From contig JBILDU010000004.1 of assembly GCA_044352465.1 (NCBI GenBank), forward strand, positions 427 to 64,426: a stretch of DNA of 64,000 nt, given 5' to 3'. A model generated the notes under the pieces. It did not search any database. It saw only the letters and a program-made list of their open reading frames with translations, and was not told the origin of the DNA. The first letter of the stretch is position 1. Each line of letters opens with the position of its first letter. A program made the translations under genes and the position numbers. Of the stretch, positions 10,406-19,681 are shown piece after piece. Origin of the DNA: Bdellovibrionota bacterium. GTDB lineage: Bacteria > Bdellovibrionota_C > UBA2361.

Positions 10406-10819
10406 ATGAAAGAAAACGTGGCGAAGGCGCTTAAGGAAACTATTAAACTTAGTAAACTTACCAAAGAGATCATCAAAGCGTGCGACGAGGCGAAGGGAAA
10501 AGACCTCACCGTACTCGATGTCTCAAAAGCGTTCGGCCTCGTTGATAATTTCATCATCGTCAGTGGTCGCTCCGATAGACAGGTCCAAGGTATCACCAAC
10601 CGCATCCTTGAAGCGGTTGAAAAAATGAATCTGAAACCGATCTCGATCGAAGGCTTTGAAGAAGGCCAATGGGTGCTCATCGACTGCGCCGATGTCGTTG
10701 TTCATGTTTTCTACGAACCGGTGCGTGAGCACTACGATCTCGAGTCGCTGTGGATGAACGCGCAAAAGATCGAAGTCAAAAAGCCCCGCCGCGGCAAAGG
10801 CGAGAAGGCGGCGGCCTAG
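10406..10819 (+). CDS. rsfS: Ribosomal silencing factor RsfS (iojap-like)
   Basis: KGKDLTVLDVSK...DNFIIVSGRSDRQVQGI...WVLIDCADVVVHVF. Confidence 0.9.
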   Translation: MKENVAKALKETIKLSKLTKEIIKACDEAKGKDLTVLDVSKAFGLVDNFIIVSGRSDRQVQGITNRILEAVEKMNLKPISIEGFEEGQWVLIDCADVVVHVFYEPVREHYDLESLWMNAQKIEVKKPRRGKGEKAAA

Positions 10820-10897
10820 GGTTAACGGGCTGGACGCCTCGGGAATTCGCTGCACTGGTCGACGAAGATAGGTGCAGACCGAATTTGGAAACCACGC

Positions 10898-10935
10898 AAA
10901 GGCTCCTCCCGCCGGCGAGAGGAGCCTTTAAATTT
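10898..10935 (+). terminator. Intrinsic terminator after rsfS (A/T flanked, potentially bidirectional)
   Basis: The stem ggctcctc (10901-10908) / gaggagcc (10919-10926) is flanked by caaa upstream and tttaaattt downstream. Confidence 0.6.
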
Positions 10936-11242
10936 ATAGCCCTAAACCGTTAGCTCAAGCCCTTAGCACCGGGGCGATCTGCTGGTCGCCTAGCACACCC
11001 AGCGATACGGTGCCGACGCTGCAATAGCGTTCGCAAAGAGCGCTAACTTATTCAACCCGTTATATTTCCAACCCCCTAATTCGCTTTACTTTTCCCACTC
11101 TCTCGCCGACAATATTGGGCTGTTACGGGCGCTTTCATCACAGAGGACTCCCCCAACTCGCCGGTGCGTCCGGTCATGTGCACGCCCCTCAAGCGGGGTA
11201 TAAGCGAAGAGAGCCGCTCTGAATGACTATCCCACGAGGTTT

Positions 11243-12529
11243 ATGATAGGCCGCATCAATAGAATAGTTATCGTCTTTCTTATCGTTGCCCTCGCCCTTG
11301 CAGTGGTGATGCTCAACCGCGAAACGACTACCGTCTATCTCGGTCGAACCTTAAATGTGACCGCCAACACCGGAGTAATCCTTATCGGGACCTTCGGGCT
11401 GGGCATCATGTGTGCGGGTCTCGTCTCGATGTTTTTCGGCTTCAAGGGCTACCTCCGTGAGCGGGCTCTTCGGGCGAAAGATCGCCAACGAACCGCCTTC
11501 TACGAGTCGATGATGAAGGCGCGGGGTTTTCTCTCCACCGGGGAGTTTCAACGCGCTCGTGCCGAATGGGAAAAACTTGCGAGTCGTGATTCTGCCAACG
11601 TGGTCGCTCGAGTAGAGCTATCCCGTTCCCTTGAGGGGATGGGCGATCCACGCGAAGCGCTGCGCGTTCTGGATGGTATCCGTGCGAGCGACCCGAACAA
11701 TATCGAGGTCCTCTTTCGAGCAGCGGAGCTCAATATTGCGCTGAACAATCGCACCGCAGCGCTCGACAACCTCGCCCTTATTGTAGCCCAGCGGCCGAAT
11801 AAAAAAGCACTCGCCCTCGCCCGGGATCTCTCTGAGGAACTTGATCGACTCGAGGACGCTCTGGAGTACCAGGCGCAACTTGAGGGGCTCTCGCCGGGAG
11901 ATGAAGGGCACCGCGAAGCGCTTTATCGACTGGAATTCAAGAAGATCGTGCGTGACAATGCCAACGACCAGCTCAAACTGCGCGAGGATCTCAAAACCTT
12001 CCTGAAACGACGCAGCGCCTTCGTGCCTGCCCTCGAGAAGCTTGCTGTCATCGAAGAGTGCCTCGGAAACCACGAGGACGCAGCTCAGTTACTGGTCAGA
12101 GCCGGCAAATCGAGCGGACAGAGCTGTTACTGGCACTCCGCGATGAAGTTGTGGAAGAACCGCAATCAGCCGGACAAAGCTCTCGCAGCCGCCCGTAACG
12201 CAACGAAAGAGACACGGGGGACCGCGCGGCTTGAAGCCGAGATACTCCTCATCAAGACATACCTCTCCCTCGATATGTTCGAGGAAGCGAAGGGGTCTAT
12301 TCGCGGATTTACGACGCTCGCCGCAGCCGAGGAGGTCACCGTCACCCAGTCGATGGGTCATCAGGTGTTGAGTCTTGAGGGCTTGTGCCTCAGCCGCTTA
12401 GGGAAACACCACGAGGCAGCGGATATCTGGCGTCGACTCGCTGACAACGATCTATCCCTCGTGCGCCCCCTTGAGGCGCTTCAAAATCTGAACGGCGATG
12501 CCCCCGCGGCGCGTCTATCGACCCCGTAA
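11243..12529 (+). CDS. LapA-like membrane domain fused to TPR repeats
   Basis: Two N-terminal TM segments arranged as in LapA/DUF1049, followed by about 350 aa of TPR-like helical repeats. It lacks the Cys-rich C-terminus of LapB. Confidence 0.6.
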   Translation: MIGRINRIVIVFLIVALALAVVMLNRETTTVYLGRTLNVTANTGVILIGTFGLGIMCAGLVSMFFGFKGYLRERALRAKDRQRTAFYESMMKARGFLSTGEFQRARAEWEKLASRDSANVVARVELSRSLEGMGDPREALRVLDGIRASDPNNIEVLFRAAELNIALNNRTAALDNLALIVAQRPNKKALALARDLSEELDRLEDALEYQAQLEGLSPGDEGHREALYRLEFKKIVRDNANDQLKLREDLKTFLKRRSAFVPALEKLAVIEECLGNHEDAAQLLVRAGKSSGQSCYWHSAMKLWKNRNQPDKALAAARNATKETRGTARLEAEILLIKTYLSLDMFEEAKGSIRGFTTLAAAEEVTVTQSMGHQVLSLEGLCLSRLGKHHEAADIWRRLADNDLSLVRPLEALQNLNGDAPAARLSTP

Positions 12530-12539
12530 CGAGTCAGCG

Positions 12540-14060
12540 ATGAAAACAACCCTGCTCTGTGTCTTGGACGGTGTTGGGCTCTCCACAGAGGCCCGCGGGA
12601 ATGCCGTCGCCGCGGCGCAAAAGCCTCACTTCGACCGGCTGTGGCGTGACGCGCCCCACACCACCCTCACGACCCACGGGGAACGGGTGGGACTTCCGGC
12701 CGGACAGATGGGGAACTCAGAGGTGGGTCATCTTAATATCGGTGCAGGTCGCGTGGTCCGGCAGTGGCTCCTTCGAATTAGCCAAGATCTCCGCGCTGGG
12801 TGTCTCACAAACTCGAAGCCGTACGGGGCGTTTATCGAGGATATGAGAGGCGCGGGGGCTCTTCATCTCATCGGACTCGCGTCAGACGGCGGTGTGCACT
12901 CACACATCGAGCACCTCGAGCTCCTCCTTACCGAAGTCCGGCGCGATTTCGCCGGACCGATCGTCCTTCACCTCATCACCGATGGGCGTGATACCGGCCC
13001 CACCACGGGGGCTGCGACTATCGCGGCACTCGAACGCTTTATCGCGCCCCTCCCCCACGTCCACATCGGCTCCGTCTGCGGACGCTTCTTTGCGATGGAC
13101 CGCGACAAACGGTGGGAGCGGACGAAGAAAGCTTACGACTGTATCGTGGGTGGAATCGGCACCCCGTGCGAGAGCGCTTCGCTGTGGCTTCAGAAGCAGT
13201 ACGCCGCGGGTATCACCGACGAGTTTATAGAGCCAGCGATTATCACGCCGAGCCGGCTCTCGGCGAGTGACGGGTTCATTTTTTGGAACTTTCGCGAGGA
13301 TCGCGCCCGCCAGATCGTCGGCGCTCTCACCAGCACGAACTTCACCGAATTTGACCGCACGGCCCCGCCAACACCGCGGGAGCGCGCCCTGTGCTTTACC
13401 GAGTACGATCACTCCTTTGGGCTTCCGTACCTGTTTGAGGCGATCGCGATTAACGATCACCTGGGAGAGATCGTTGCCAAAGCGGGGCTCGCTCAGCTTC
13501 GTGCCGCTGAGACCGAGAAATATCCGCACGTCACGTATTTCCTCAACGGTGGGGTCGAGCCTCCCTACCCGGGTGAGGAGCGGGTTCTTGTCCCCTCACC
13601 CCGGGACGTGAAGACGTACGATCTAAAGCCGGAGATGAGCGCATACGGAATCACGGAGAAGGTGGTCGAAGGGATCCGCTCCGGGAAATACGCACTGATC
13701 GTCGTCAATCTCGCCAACGGCGATATGGTTGGGCATACCGGGGTGATGGACGCCGCAGTCAAAGCGGTTGAAACGGTCGATGCGTGTTTAGGCCAGATGC
13801 TTCAAGCGTTAGACGACGTCGGCGGTAACGGCATCATCATCGCCGATCACGGGAACGCCGAGCAGATGATTAACCTCGTCGACAACACCCCCCACACCGC
13901 ACACACCACGAATCCGGTGCCGTGTATCGTGGTGGGCGCTCCCGAGGTAAAGGCGCTTCGAGAGGATGGTGCACTCTGCGATGTCGCTCCGACCATCTTA
14001 GAGCTCATGGGCTTACCCAAAAGCCCCGCCATGAATGGAATTTCATTACTAAAGGTGTAA
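12540..14060 (+). CDS. gpmI: 2,3-bisphosphoglycerate-independent phosphoglycerate mutase
   Basis: LCVLDGVGL, GNSEVGHLNIGAGR, ITDGRDT and ADHGNAE motifs. Start at ATG 12540. Confidence 0.92.
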   Translation: MKTTLLCVLDGVGLSTEARGNAVAAAQKPHFDRLWRDAPHTTLTTHGERVGLPAGQMGNSEVGHLNIGAGRVVRQWLLRISQDLRAGCLTNSKPYGAFIEDMRGAGALHLIGLASDGGVHSHIEHLELLLTEVRRDFAGPIVLHLITDGRDTGPTTGAATIAALERFIAPLPHVHIGSVCGRFFAMDRDKRWERTKKAYDCIVGGIGTPCESASLWLQKQYAAGITDEFIEPAIITPSRLSASDGFIFWNFREDRARQIVGALTSTNFTEFDRTAPPTPRERALCFTEYDHSFGLPYLFEAIAINDHLGEIVAKAGLAQLRAAETEKYPHVTYFLNGGVEPPYPGEERVLVPSPRDVKTYDLKPEMSAYGITEKVVEGIRSGKYALIVVNLANGDMVGHTGVMDAAVKAVETVDACLGQMLQALDDVGGNGIIIADHGNAEQMINLVDNTPHTAHTTNPVPCIVVGAPEVKALREDGALCDVAPTILELMGLPKSPAMNGISLLKV

Positions 14061-14064
14061 CGCC

Positions 14065-15096
14065 ATGACGGAGTCCCTCTCGTACAAAGACGCGGGCGTC
14101 GATATCGACAACGCCGACGCCACAAAGCGGGCGATGGCCGCAGCTCTCGAAACAACCAATCAACGGGTGCTCAACAAAATCGGTGCCTTCGCGTCGCTCT
14201 TTGACGCCTCGTTCCCAGAGATGAAGCATCCGGTCTTGGTACTAAAGACCGAAGAGCCCGGCTCGAAACAGAAACTCGCCTTTCAACATGGACGGGTACG
14301 CTCGATCTGCTTCGACATGATTAATCACCTCGTCAACGACATCATCGTGATGGGGGCGACCCCACTTTCAGTGCAAGACGCGGTGATCTGCGGAAAACTG
14401 GAGAAACCGATCGTTAACGAACTGGTCGCCGCGATCGCCGAGGCGTGTAAGGCGCAGGAGTGCGTCCTTACCGGTGGCGAAACCTCTGAGCAGCCCGGAG
14501 TCATCGAGCCCGGGACCTACATCCTCTCATCGAGCATCATCGGGGTCGTTGAAAAAGAGCGGATCATCGACGGCGCGACGATCGCTGCTAGCGACGTCGT
14601 CATCGCTGTCGAATCGAGCGGACTTCACACGAACGGCTACTCCCTGGTTCGCGCGCTCCTCGCGCGTCATCCCGATCTTGCTTCAACGGCGATCGAGGGA
14701 AAAACGTTCCTGGATCTTATCCTCGAGCCCCACCGCTGCTACTACCACGCGGTAAAAGGGCTCTTTAATCACCCGGGACTTCACGGCATGGCGCATATCA
14801 CCGGGGGCGGGATCGGCGGGAACCTCGACCGGGTACTCCCCGTGAACCTCGATGCGGCGATCGACCTGTCGGCTCTCAAAGTACCGCCTGTATTCCAGGA
14901 AATTCAACGACGGGGCAACGTCCTACCGGAGGATATGCTCCGTACCTTTAACTTAGGTGTCGGACTCACCGTGGTGGCAGCGAGAGAGAGCGTGGGCGAG
15001 ATCCTCACCCACCTCAACCGCTTCTACCCCGCCTATCCGATCGGAGAGATCGTGGCGGGAGGGAAAAAGGTTCGCTTGAGCGGGTCGTTAGTCTGA
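14065..15096 (+). CDS. purM: Phosphoribosylformylglycinamidine cyclo-ligase (AIR synthetase)
   Basis: SYKDAGVDID N-terminus and the GGETSE and HITGGG motifs. Confidence 0.92.
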   Translation: MTESLSYKDAGVDIDNADATKRAMAAALETTNQRVLNKIGAFASLFDASFPEMKHPVLVLKTEEPGSKQKLAFQHGRVRSICFDMINHLVNDIIVMGATPLSVQDAVICGKLEKPIVNELVAAIAEACKAQECVLTGGETSEQPGVIEPGTYILSSSIIGVVEKERIIDGATIAASDVVIAVESSGLHTNGYSLVRALLARHPDLASTAIEGKTFLDLILEPHRCYYHAVKGLFNHPGLHGMAHITGGGIGGNLDRVLPVNLDAAIDLSALKVPPVFQEIQRRGNVLPEDMLRTFNLGVGLTVVAARESVGEILTHLNRFYPAYPIGEIVAGGKKVRLSGSLV

Positions 15097-15233
15097 CGCC
15101 CCAAGAGATTTCTCTCCACTCCGATCGATATCTCGGGGCGACACGCCCCCTTCCTGGCAATTTTTATTTCAATCGGGAACGAAAAAAGCGATACTACCGG
15201 CGGAGTTTTTTAGATTCTCAGCAAAGGCCCCCG

Positions 15234-16439
15234 ATGAGATCCACGCTGCGTTCCTGCGACGCTCTGAAGACTTTCTTGCAACTCCTCTCGGTCGTATTCC
15301 TCATACCGTGGATGGCTCATGGGCAGATCTGTCCCGTGGGCACTTTCAGCGCAACCGGTTCTTCACCGTGCTCGGTATGCCCCGCCGGGCAATCCCAACC
15401 GCAGCCCGGCCAAACGTCATGCATTCCGTGCGCAGCGGGCTTCTACCAGGAGTTTTTAGGAGCGCCCTCATGTAACGCGTGCGCCGGAGGCACCGCTAAT
15501 CCAGCTACCGGTAGTAGTGCCAGCTCAGACTGTTCGCCCTGTACTGCAGGCACCTTTAGCGAAGCGGGTGCAGGGTCGTGTACAGCCTGTGCGGCAGGGT
15601 CGATTAATACAGCAGATGGCTCAACGAGTTGTACCCTCTGCGCTGTTGGCTCATATCAGCCGGGGACTGGGCAGACGAGTTGCGTCGCCTGCCCAACGGG
15701 AACCTACCAAAGTGAAGCTGGCGCAGCTACATGCACCTCCTGCTCCCCCGGCACCTTTAACTCCGTGACAGGAAGCGCCTCATCGAGCGCCTGTATCAGC
15801 TGCGCAGCAGGCTCATTTCAACCCGATAGCGGAAAAGATTCATGTGCCTTGTGCGGAGTGGGAACCTATCAGAGCGCCACCGGCCAAGCGAGCTGCACCG
15901 CGTGTGCTGCGGGCACGTACACCTTTACGACCGGCAACGCCGCCTGCTCGCGCTGCTCATCGCGGGGCTCGAAAGTAGTCGTCGTACTTACCTCGTTAAA
16001 CAAGACCGCACGGGCCACCGGCAATATCGAGGGAATCTTCTCCAGCTCGAATGCAGCGGCCGCCGCGATTCGCCCCGATCTCAACGGTCTCAAAATCGTA
16101 CTTGAGAATGGGGAGCGCACCCCGATATTCACCGCGCTACTCCCTGCGGGGGCGAATTGGAGCAGTACAAAAGAGACGATCTGGCGATTCCGCGATCAAA
16201 GCGCCTCGACGGGTATCGGTGCAGCCACGATTCGTCTGAGAAAAGCGGGGCGTCGCACCGAGCTCGTGGTAGCCGTCTCAGTTAAAAAAGGTACGATTGC
16301 TCTGACGAAAGCTGAGCTTCCGCTCTATCTGAGCGTCGGTTTCGGAGCGAACGGAACGGCGCCGTGTTCGCATACTCGCGTCAAAACGAAGAACTGTACG
16401 ATGCCGCGCTCGAATAGCCAGATAACGTGTAACCCGTAA
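15234..16439 (+). CDS. Secreted cysteine-rich repeat protein (ephrin-receptor-like / GCC2_GCC3-type CxxC repeats)
   Basis: A signal-like N-terminus is followed by about 12 tandem modules of the form C-x2-C-x2-G-[ST]-[FY]-x(5-8)-[GS]-x2-x (CSVC, CIPC, CNAC, CSPC, CTAC, CTLC, CVAC, CTSC, CISC, CALC, CTAC, CSRC). The C-terminal ~160 aa form an unassigned domain. Confidence 0.7.
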   Translation: MRSTLRSCDALKTFLQLLSVVFLIPWMAHGQICPVGTFSATGSSPCSVCPAGQSQPQPGQTSCIPCAAGFYQEFLGAPSCNACAGGTANPATGSSASSDCSPCTAGTFSEAGAGSCTACAAGSINTADGSTSCTLCAVGSYQPGTGQTSCVACPTGTYQSEAGAATCTSCSPGTFNSVTGSASSSACISCAAGSFQPDSGKDSCALCGVGTYQSATGQASCTACAAGTYTFTTGNAACSRCSSRGSKVVVVLTSLNKTARATGNIEGIFSSSNAAAAAIRPDLNGLKIVLENGERTPIFTALLPAGANWSSTKETIWRFRDQSASTGIGAATIRLRKAGRRTELVVAVSVKKGTIALTKAELPLYLSVGFGANGTAPCSHTRVKTKNCTMPRSNSQITCNP

Positions 16440-16472
16440 TCGGCGCTCCCCCCCCAAAATTGCGCCGTTGAC

Positions 16473-17804
16473 CTACCGGGAGTATTCGGGATCGAAGCGA
16501 TGGCGCAGAGCCGCCACCCGTTGCGATAGCACCCGTAGTGAGTCTGCTGCTTTCTTACATCGCCCGACCATCGTCCCCTCCCACTCGAGACGGACCTCAT
16601 CGATGGCGGCTCGAATTGCGGGGGAGAGCTCCCCTGTCGTCGAAAGGTAATTAAACGCCGCGGGCGAGCCCCCAAGAACCCGACACGCCGCCTCAGAGAC
16701 AACCGCAGCCTCACAGTGGAGTTTGGTCTCTCCCCGAAAGAAAAGCCTCGCTTGAAAGAGCATCTGACTCTCGAATAATTCGGTCGCCTGCTCCCGAATC
16801 GCTCGATCGGGGATCGCTCCGATACACACCCGCTCGAACGTATACGCTGCGGCCTCCTCGAGCACCGCTTTTTCCCGGGTTCGGAGCTCGAAAAATATCG
16901 GGGTAAATACCCCCAGCCTGCCCTCGAACTCCTCACTCGGGCGGGCTATCATATGTCCCATCTCGTGGCACAAGGTCGAAACCTCTTCTGAGAAACTCAT
17001 CGGCTCCACGGTGATAATCTGTTGAAAACTCTCCGCAGTTCCGGCGATCCCCTCTTCTGAGATATCGGCGCGCTCGATCGTAATCGAAGCCGGAAGGGGG
17101 TGTCCGGTCACCCGCTCAAAGACTCGCTTCGCATACGCTATCGAGGTTATCGCCTCAGCTGGCTGAGCGTTCTTGAGGCGCTCACGATCGCCCCCCGCCT
17201 CCATCTCTCGGCCGAGCTCGAACTCGATCCCAACCACCTGCATATCGAGGTTCAGCGCATTCAGCTCCGCCATGTTACCGAGCGACCGTATCGCCTCACA
17301 CATCGCACCGTACTGGGGGAAATCCCGATTAAATTCGAGTTGCACAAGGAACGTGCCCTCTTCCGCCGCCGCGAAACGCCTCCGCCACCCCTCGAGCGCC
17401 TTCGCATCGAGAGCGAGATCGACGAGTTCTCTCTCGACGATCGTCAACGTTTTCTCGAAATCAGCCATCACAGTTTCAGCGACGCTGGCGTTCAGCGGCA
17501 CCGCCCCCTTCCCAGATTCAGATTCTGCCAGTAAAACAGTGAGCGGTTGCACCTCGTCGGCGATGCCGATATCACCGATACAGAAGCGGGGCTTCTCTCG
17601 AGTCCCGTAGGTGAGCCGGGTCTCCTCCCGGACATGCGCCTCAGAGAGTTTGAGCCCGGTGAATACAGCCCCGGTCCCGAGCGCGGTGTAGAGCGCCACC
17701 GCGCGGCCAACTCGCGCCCAGCGGTCGGCTGCATCCGAAGGAGTATGCCCCTGCACCATATCGGGCGTTTGGGTCTCTCTGTCCGAGGTGTTTTTAATTT
17801 CCAA
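16473..17804 (-). CDS. Membrane-anchored hypothetical protein with HEMGH zinc-peptidase motif
   Basis: 443-aa ORF with one N-terminal hydrophobic segment and the motif LCHEMGHMI. I recognise no family. Confidence 0.55.
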   Translation of the reverse strand: MEIKNTSDRETQTPDMVQGHTPSDAADRWARVGRAVALYTALGTGAVFTGLKLSEAHVREETRLTYGTREKPRFCIGDIGIADEVQPLTVLLAESESGKGAVPLNASVAETVMADFEKTLTIVERELVDLALDAKALEGWRRRFAAAEEGTFLVQLEFNRDFPQYGAMCEAIRSLGNMAELNALNLDMQVVGIEFELGREMEAGGDRERLKNAQPAEAITSIAYAKRVFERVTGHPLPASITIERADISEEGIAGTAESFQQIITVEPMSFSEEVSTLCHEMGHMIARPSEEFEGRLGVFTPIFFELRTREKAVLEEAAAYTFERVCIGAIPDRAIREQATELFESQMLFQARLFFRGETKLHCEAAVVSEAACRVLGGSPAAFNYLSTTGELSPAIRAAIDEVRLEWEGTMVGRCKKAADSLRVLSQRVAALRHRFDPEYSR

Positions 17805-17974
17805 ACGGACTCCTACGACGTCAGTGTTCCTGTCGGAGCATACGAACTGAGCCGCCCGTACTCAACGGTGAGTTATCGATAGACGCACGATTTTGATGGT
17901 TCGGAATGAGATGAGGCTAGATTGTGAGGCAAAGAATCTCACGAAGAGATGGCGTGGGATCAGCCCTGTACGGT

Positions 17975-18036
17975 GAGAAAAGGTGGTCCTGTATTGAGGT
18001 GGTTTTGAAAAAACCTTTTCAATAACGAGGACCACC
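17975..18036 (-). terminator. Intrinsic terminator downstream of the 18100-18669 gene
   Basis: Long imperfect hairpin: ggtggtcct ... aggaccacc with inner stems tattga/tcaata and ggtttt/aaaacc. On the minus strand it is followed by TTTTCTC. Confidence 0.6.
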
Positions 18037-18099
18037 CGGGTTGTGTGGCGACGGGAGGAGGTAGCTGGAGCCTGTACAGATCGACTCCAGCCTACCGCC

Positions 18100-18669
18100 T
18101 TAGATCAGATCCTCCAGCTCGAGGATCTCGACGGGATGATCCGGGTGCGCCGAGAAGAACGCGTCGTAGTTCTTGACGCGGTTCTTGTCCTTCTGCACCA
18201 ACGCGTAGAGGTGGAAGGTCTTCCCATCCACCGTGAGCGTCCCATCGTCGGCGAGCGACCACGAGATACCCTTGTTCTTCGCGTTGGTGAGGCTCACCCG
18301 AAGCACCACCACACCGTTCTCATCCTTGCAGATGAGACCTGAGATCTTCTCCGCCGGGGTCGTCTCCGTGCCGTCCCGCTTGATGTAGCGACACTGGCTC
18401 GGGCAGGCGACGGCGAGATCGGGCTCCGCCACGAGGATTGGCTCCCCGTACTTCCCCGACTGCGCCTGGTAGTACTGGAGCGTACCGTCGGAACCGATGT
18501 TCACGAGACGGTACTCCCCCGACACCCCCACCTGGATCTGCCACTGACCAGCCGTGTGGATCGTTGTCCACTCGGCGGCCCCTCCCAAATGCGACTGGCT
18601 CACTCTGGAGCTCCTTCCGAACAAACGGTTCTCTTCGGAACCGTTATTCCACGGAACACACCGAGCCAA
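18100..18669 (-). CDS. Hypothetical protein
   Basis: 189-aa ORF with ordinary amino-acid composition and no recognisable motif. The start is uncertain. Confidence 0.4.
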   Translation of the reverse strand: MARCVPWNNGSEENRLFGRSSRVSQSHLGGAAEWTTIHTAGQWQIQVGVSGEYRLVNIGSDGTLQYYQAQSGKYGEPILVAEPDLAVACPSQCRYIKRDGTETTPAEKISGLICKDENGVVVLRVSLTNAKNKGISWSLADDGTLTVDGKTFHLYALVQKDKNRVKNYDAFFSAHPDHPVEILELEDLI

Positions 18670-18792
18670 CGTTGGCTCAGCTGTCCTCTATCGACGCCTC
18701 TCGCGCCGACAAAGGACCGCTGAGCTAAACCTCATTACCTACCTCAATACAGCGACCATATGACAAAGTTCACGGGGGGAACCGACCCATAG

Positions 18793-19674
18793 TTACACGC
18801 CGAACGGTACCACCCCACTCGCCCAACCCCGCGCGACACACGCGAGAAAATAGGCATCTTCATTACGCGAAACTACCTCGCAGAGTTGGGATATCGGATA
18901 GACGCTCACAGCGCCCTGGATCTCATACGGATCCGCGTTGAGCGGCTTCGCCGGGAGCTTCGCGGCATCGCGCGCATCGATCGAAGCGACAAAGATACTC
19001 GGGCGATTATTGGTCATACCTGGATCGATGGCGAGTTTCCCAAGATCGATCGGCTCCCGCACGAGCTTTACCTCGGGGAGCCCGAGCTCCTCCTGGATCT
19101 CTCGCTTAATCCGATCCACCGCCTTGGTGACCCCGTCGACGTTGATATCGATAAACCCACCGACCGAGTCGGTCTCAGTTCGACCGGTTGCGAACTTGCC
19201 CGCACGCAGCACCACGAAATGGGTTGGTTTGCCCTCGGTCTCAATAAGCACGAGGCCCTTAGCACCCGACTCCGGACCGTACCGCCAACTGACATACTCG
19301 TAGGTGAACTTGTCGCCTCGCTCATTCTCCACATTGAACATCGGGATAACGGCGAAGTTCCCCCGCACGAGCTTCTCTAGACTCTTCACCGTGACGTTGG
19401 CGATCTGCTCAGGGCGCTCAGCGAGATCTTTTAAAAATCCATCGAAGTTACACCGCGGCTCTGCAGGAAGCATCGCGAGCTCGACCTGTAGTTCCGGCGA
19501 GGTTGCCCGAAACCACGCTCGTTCTTTGAGAGCATCGAAGATGATTTGTCGCTCCGGCGAGGCTCCCGCGAGGGCCCGTTCAAGCGGCGTCATGATGTTG
19601 AGCGCTCCCTGCTGGGCCACCTCATCGCCCTTGGTCGCTGGTTCAAGCTTATCGTGGATAGAATGAATTTGCAT
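18793..19674 (-). CDS. Nudix-hydrolase-domain protein with unassigned N-terminal domain
   Basis: Nudix box-like segment GGFIDINVDGVTKAVDRIKREIQEELGL (REx2EExG). The N-terminal ~130 aa are unassigned. Confidence 0.6.
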   Translation of the reverse strand: MQIHSIHDKLEPATKGDEVAQQGALNIMTPLERALAGASPERQIIFDALKERAWFRATSPELQVELAMLPAEPRCNFDGFLKDLAERPEQIANVTVKSLEKLVRGNFAVIPMFNVENERGDKFTYEYVSWRYGPESGAKGLVLIETEGKPTHFVVLRAGKFATGRTETDSVGGFIDINVDGVTKAVDRIKREIQEELGLPEVKLVREPIDLGKLAIDPGMTNNRPSIFVASIDARDAAKLPAKPLNADPYEIQGAVSVYPISQLCEVVSRNEDAYFLACVARGWASGVVPFGV

Positions 19675-19681
19675 AAACCAC

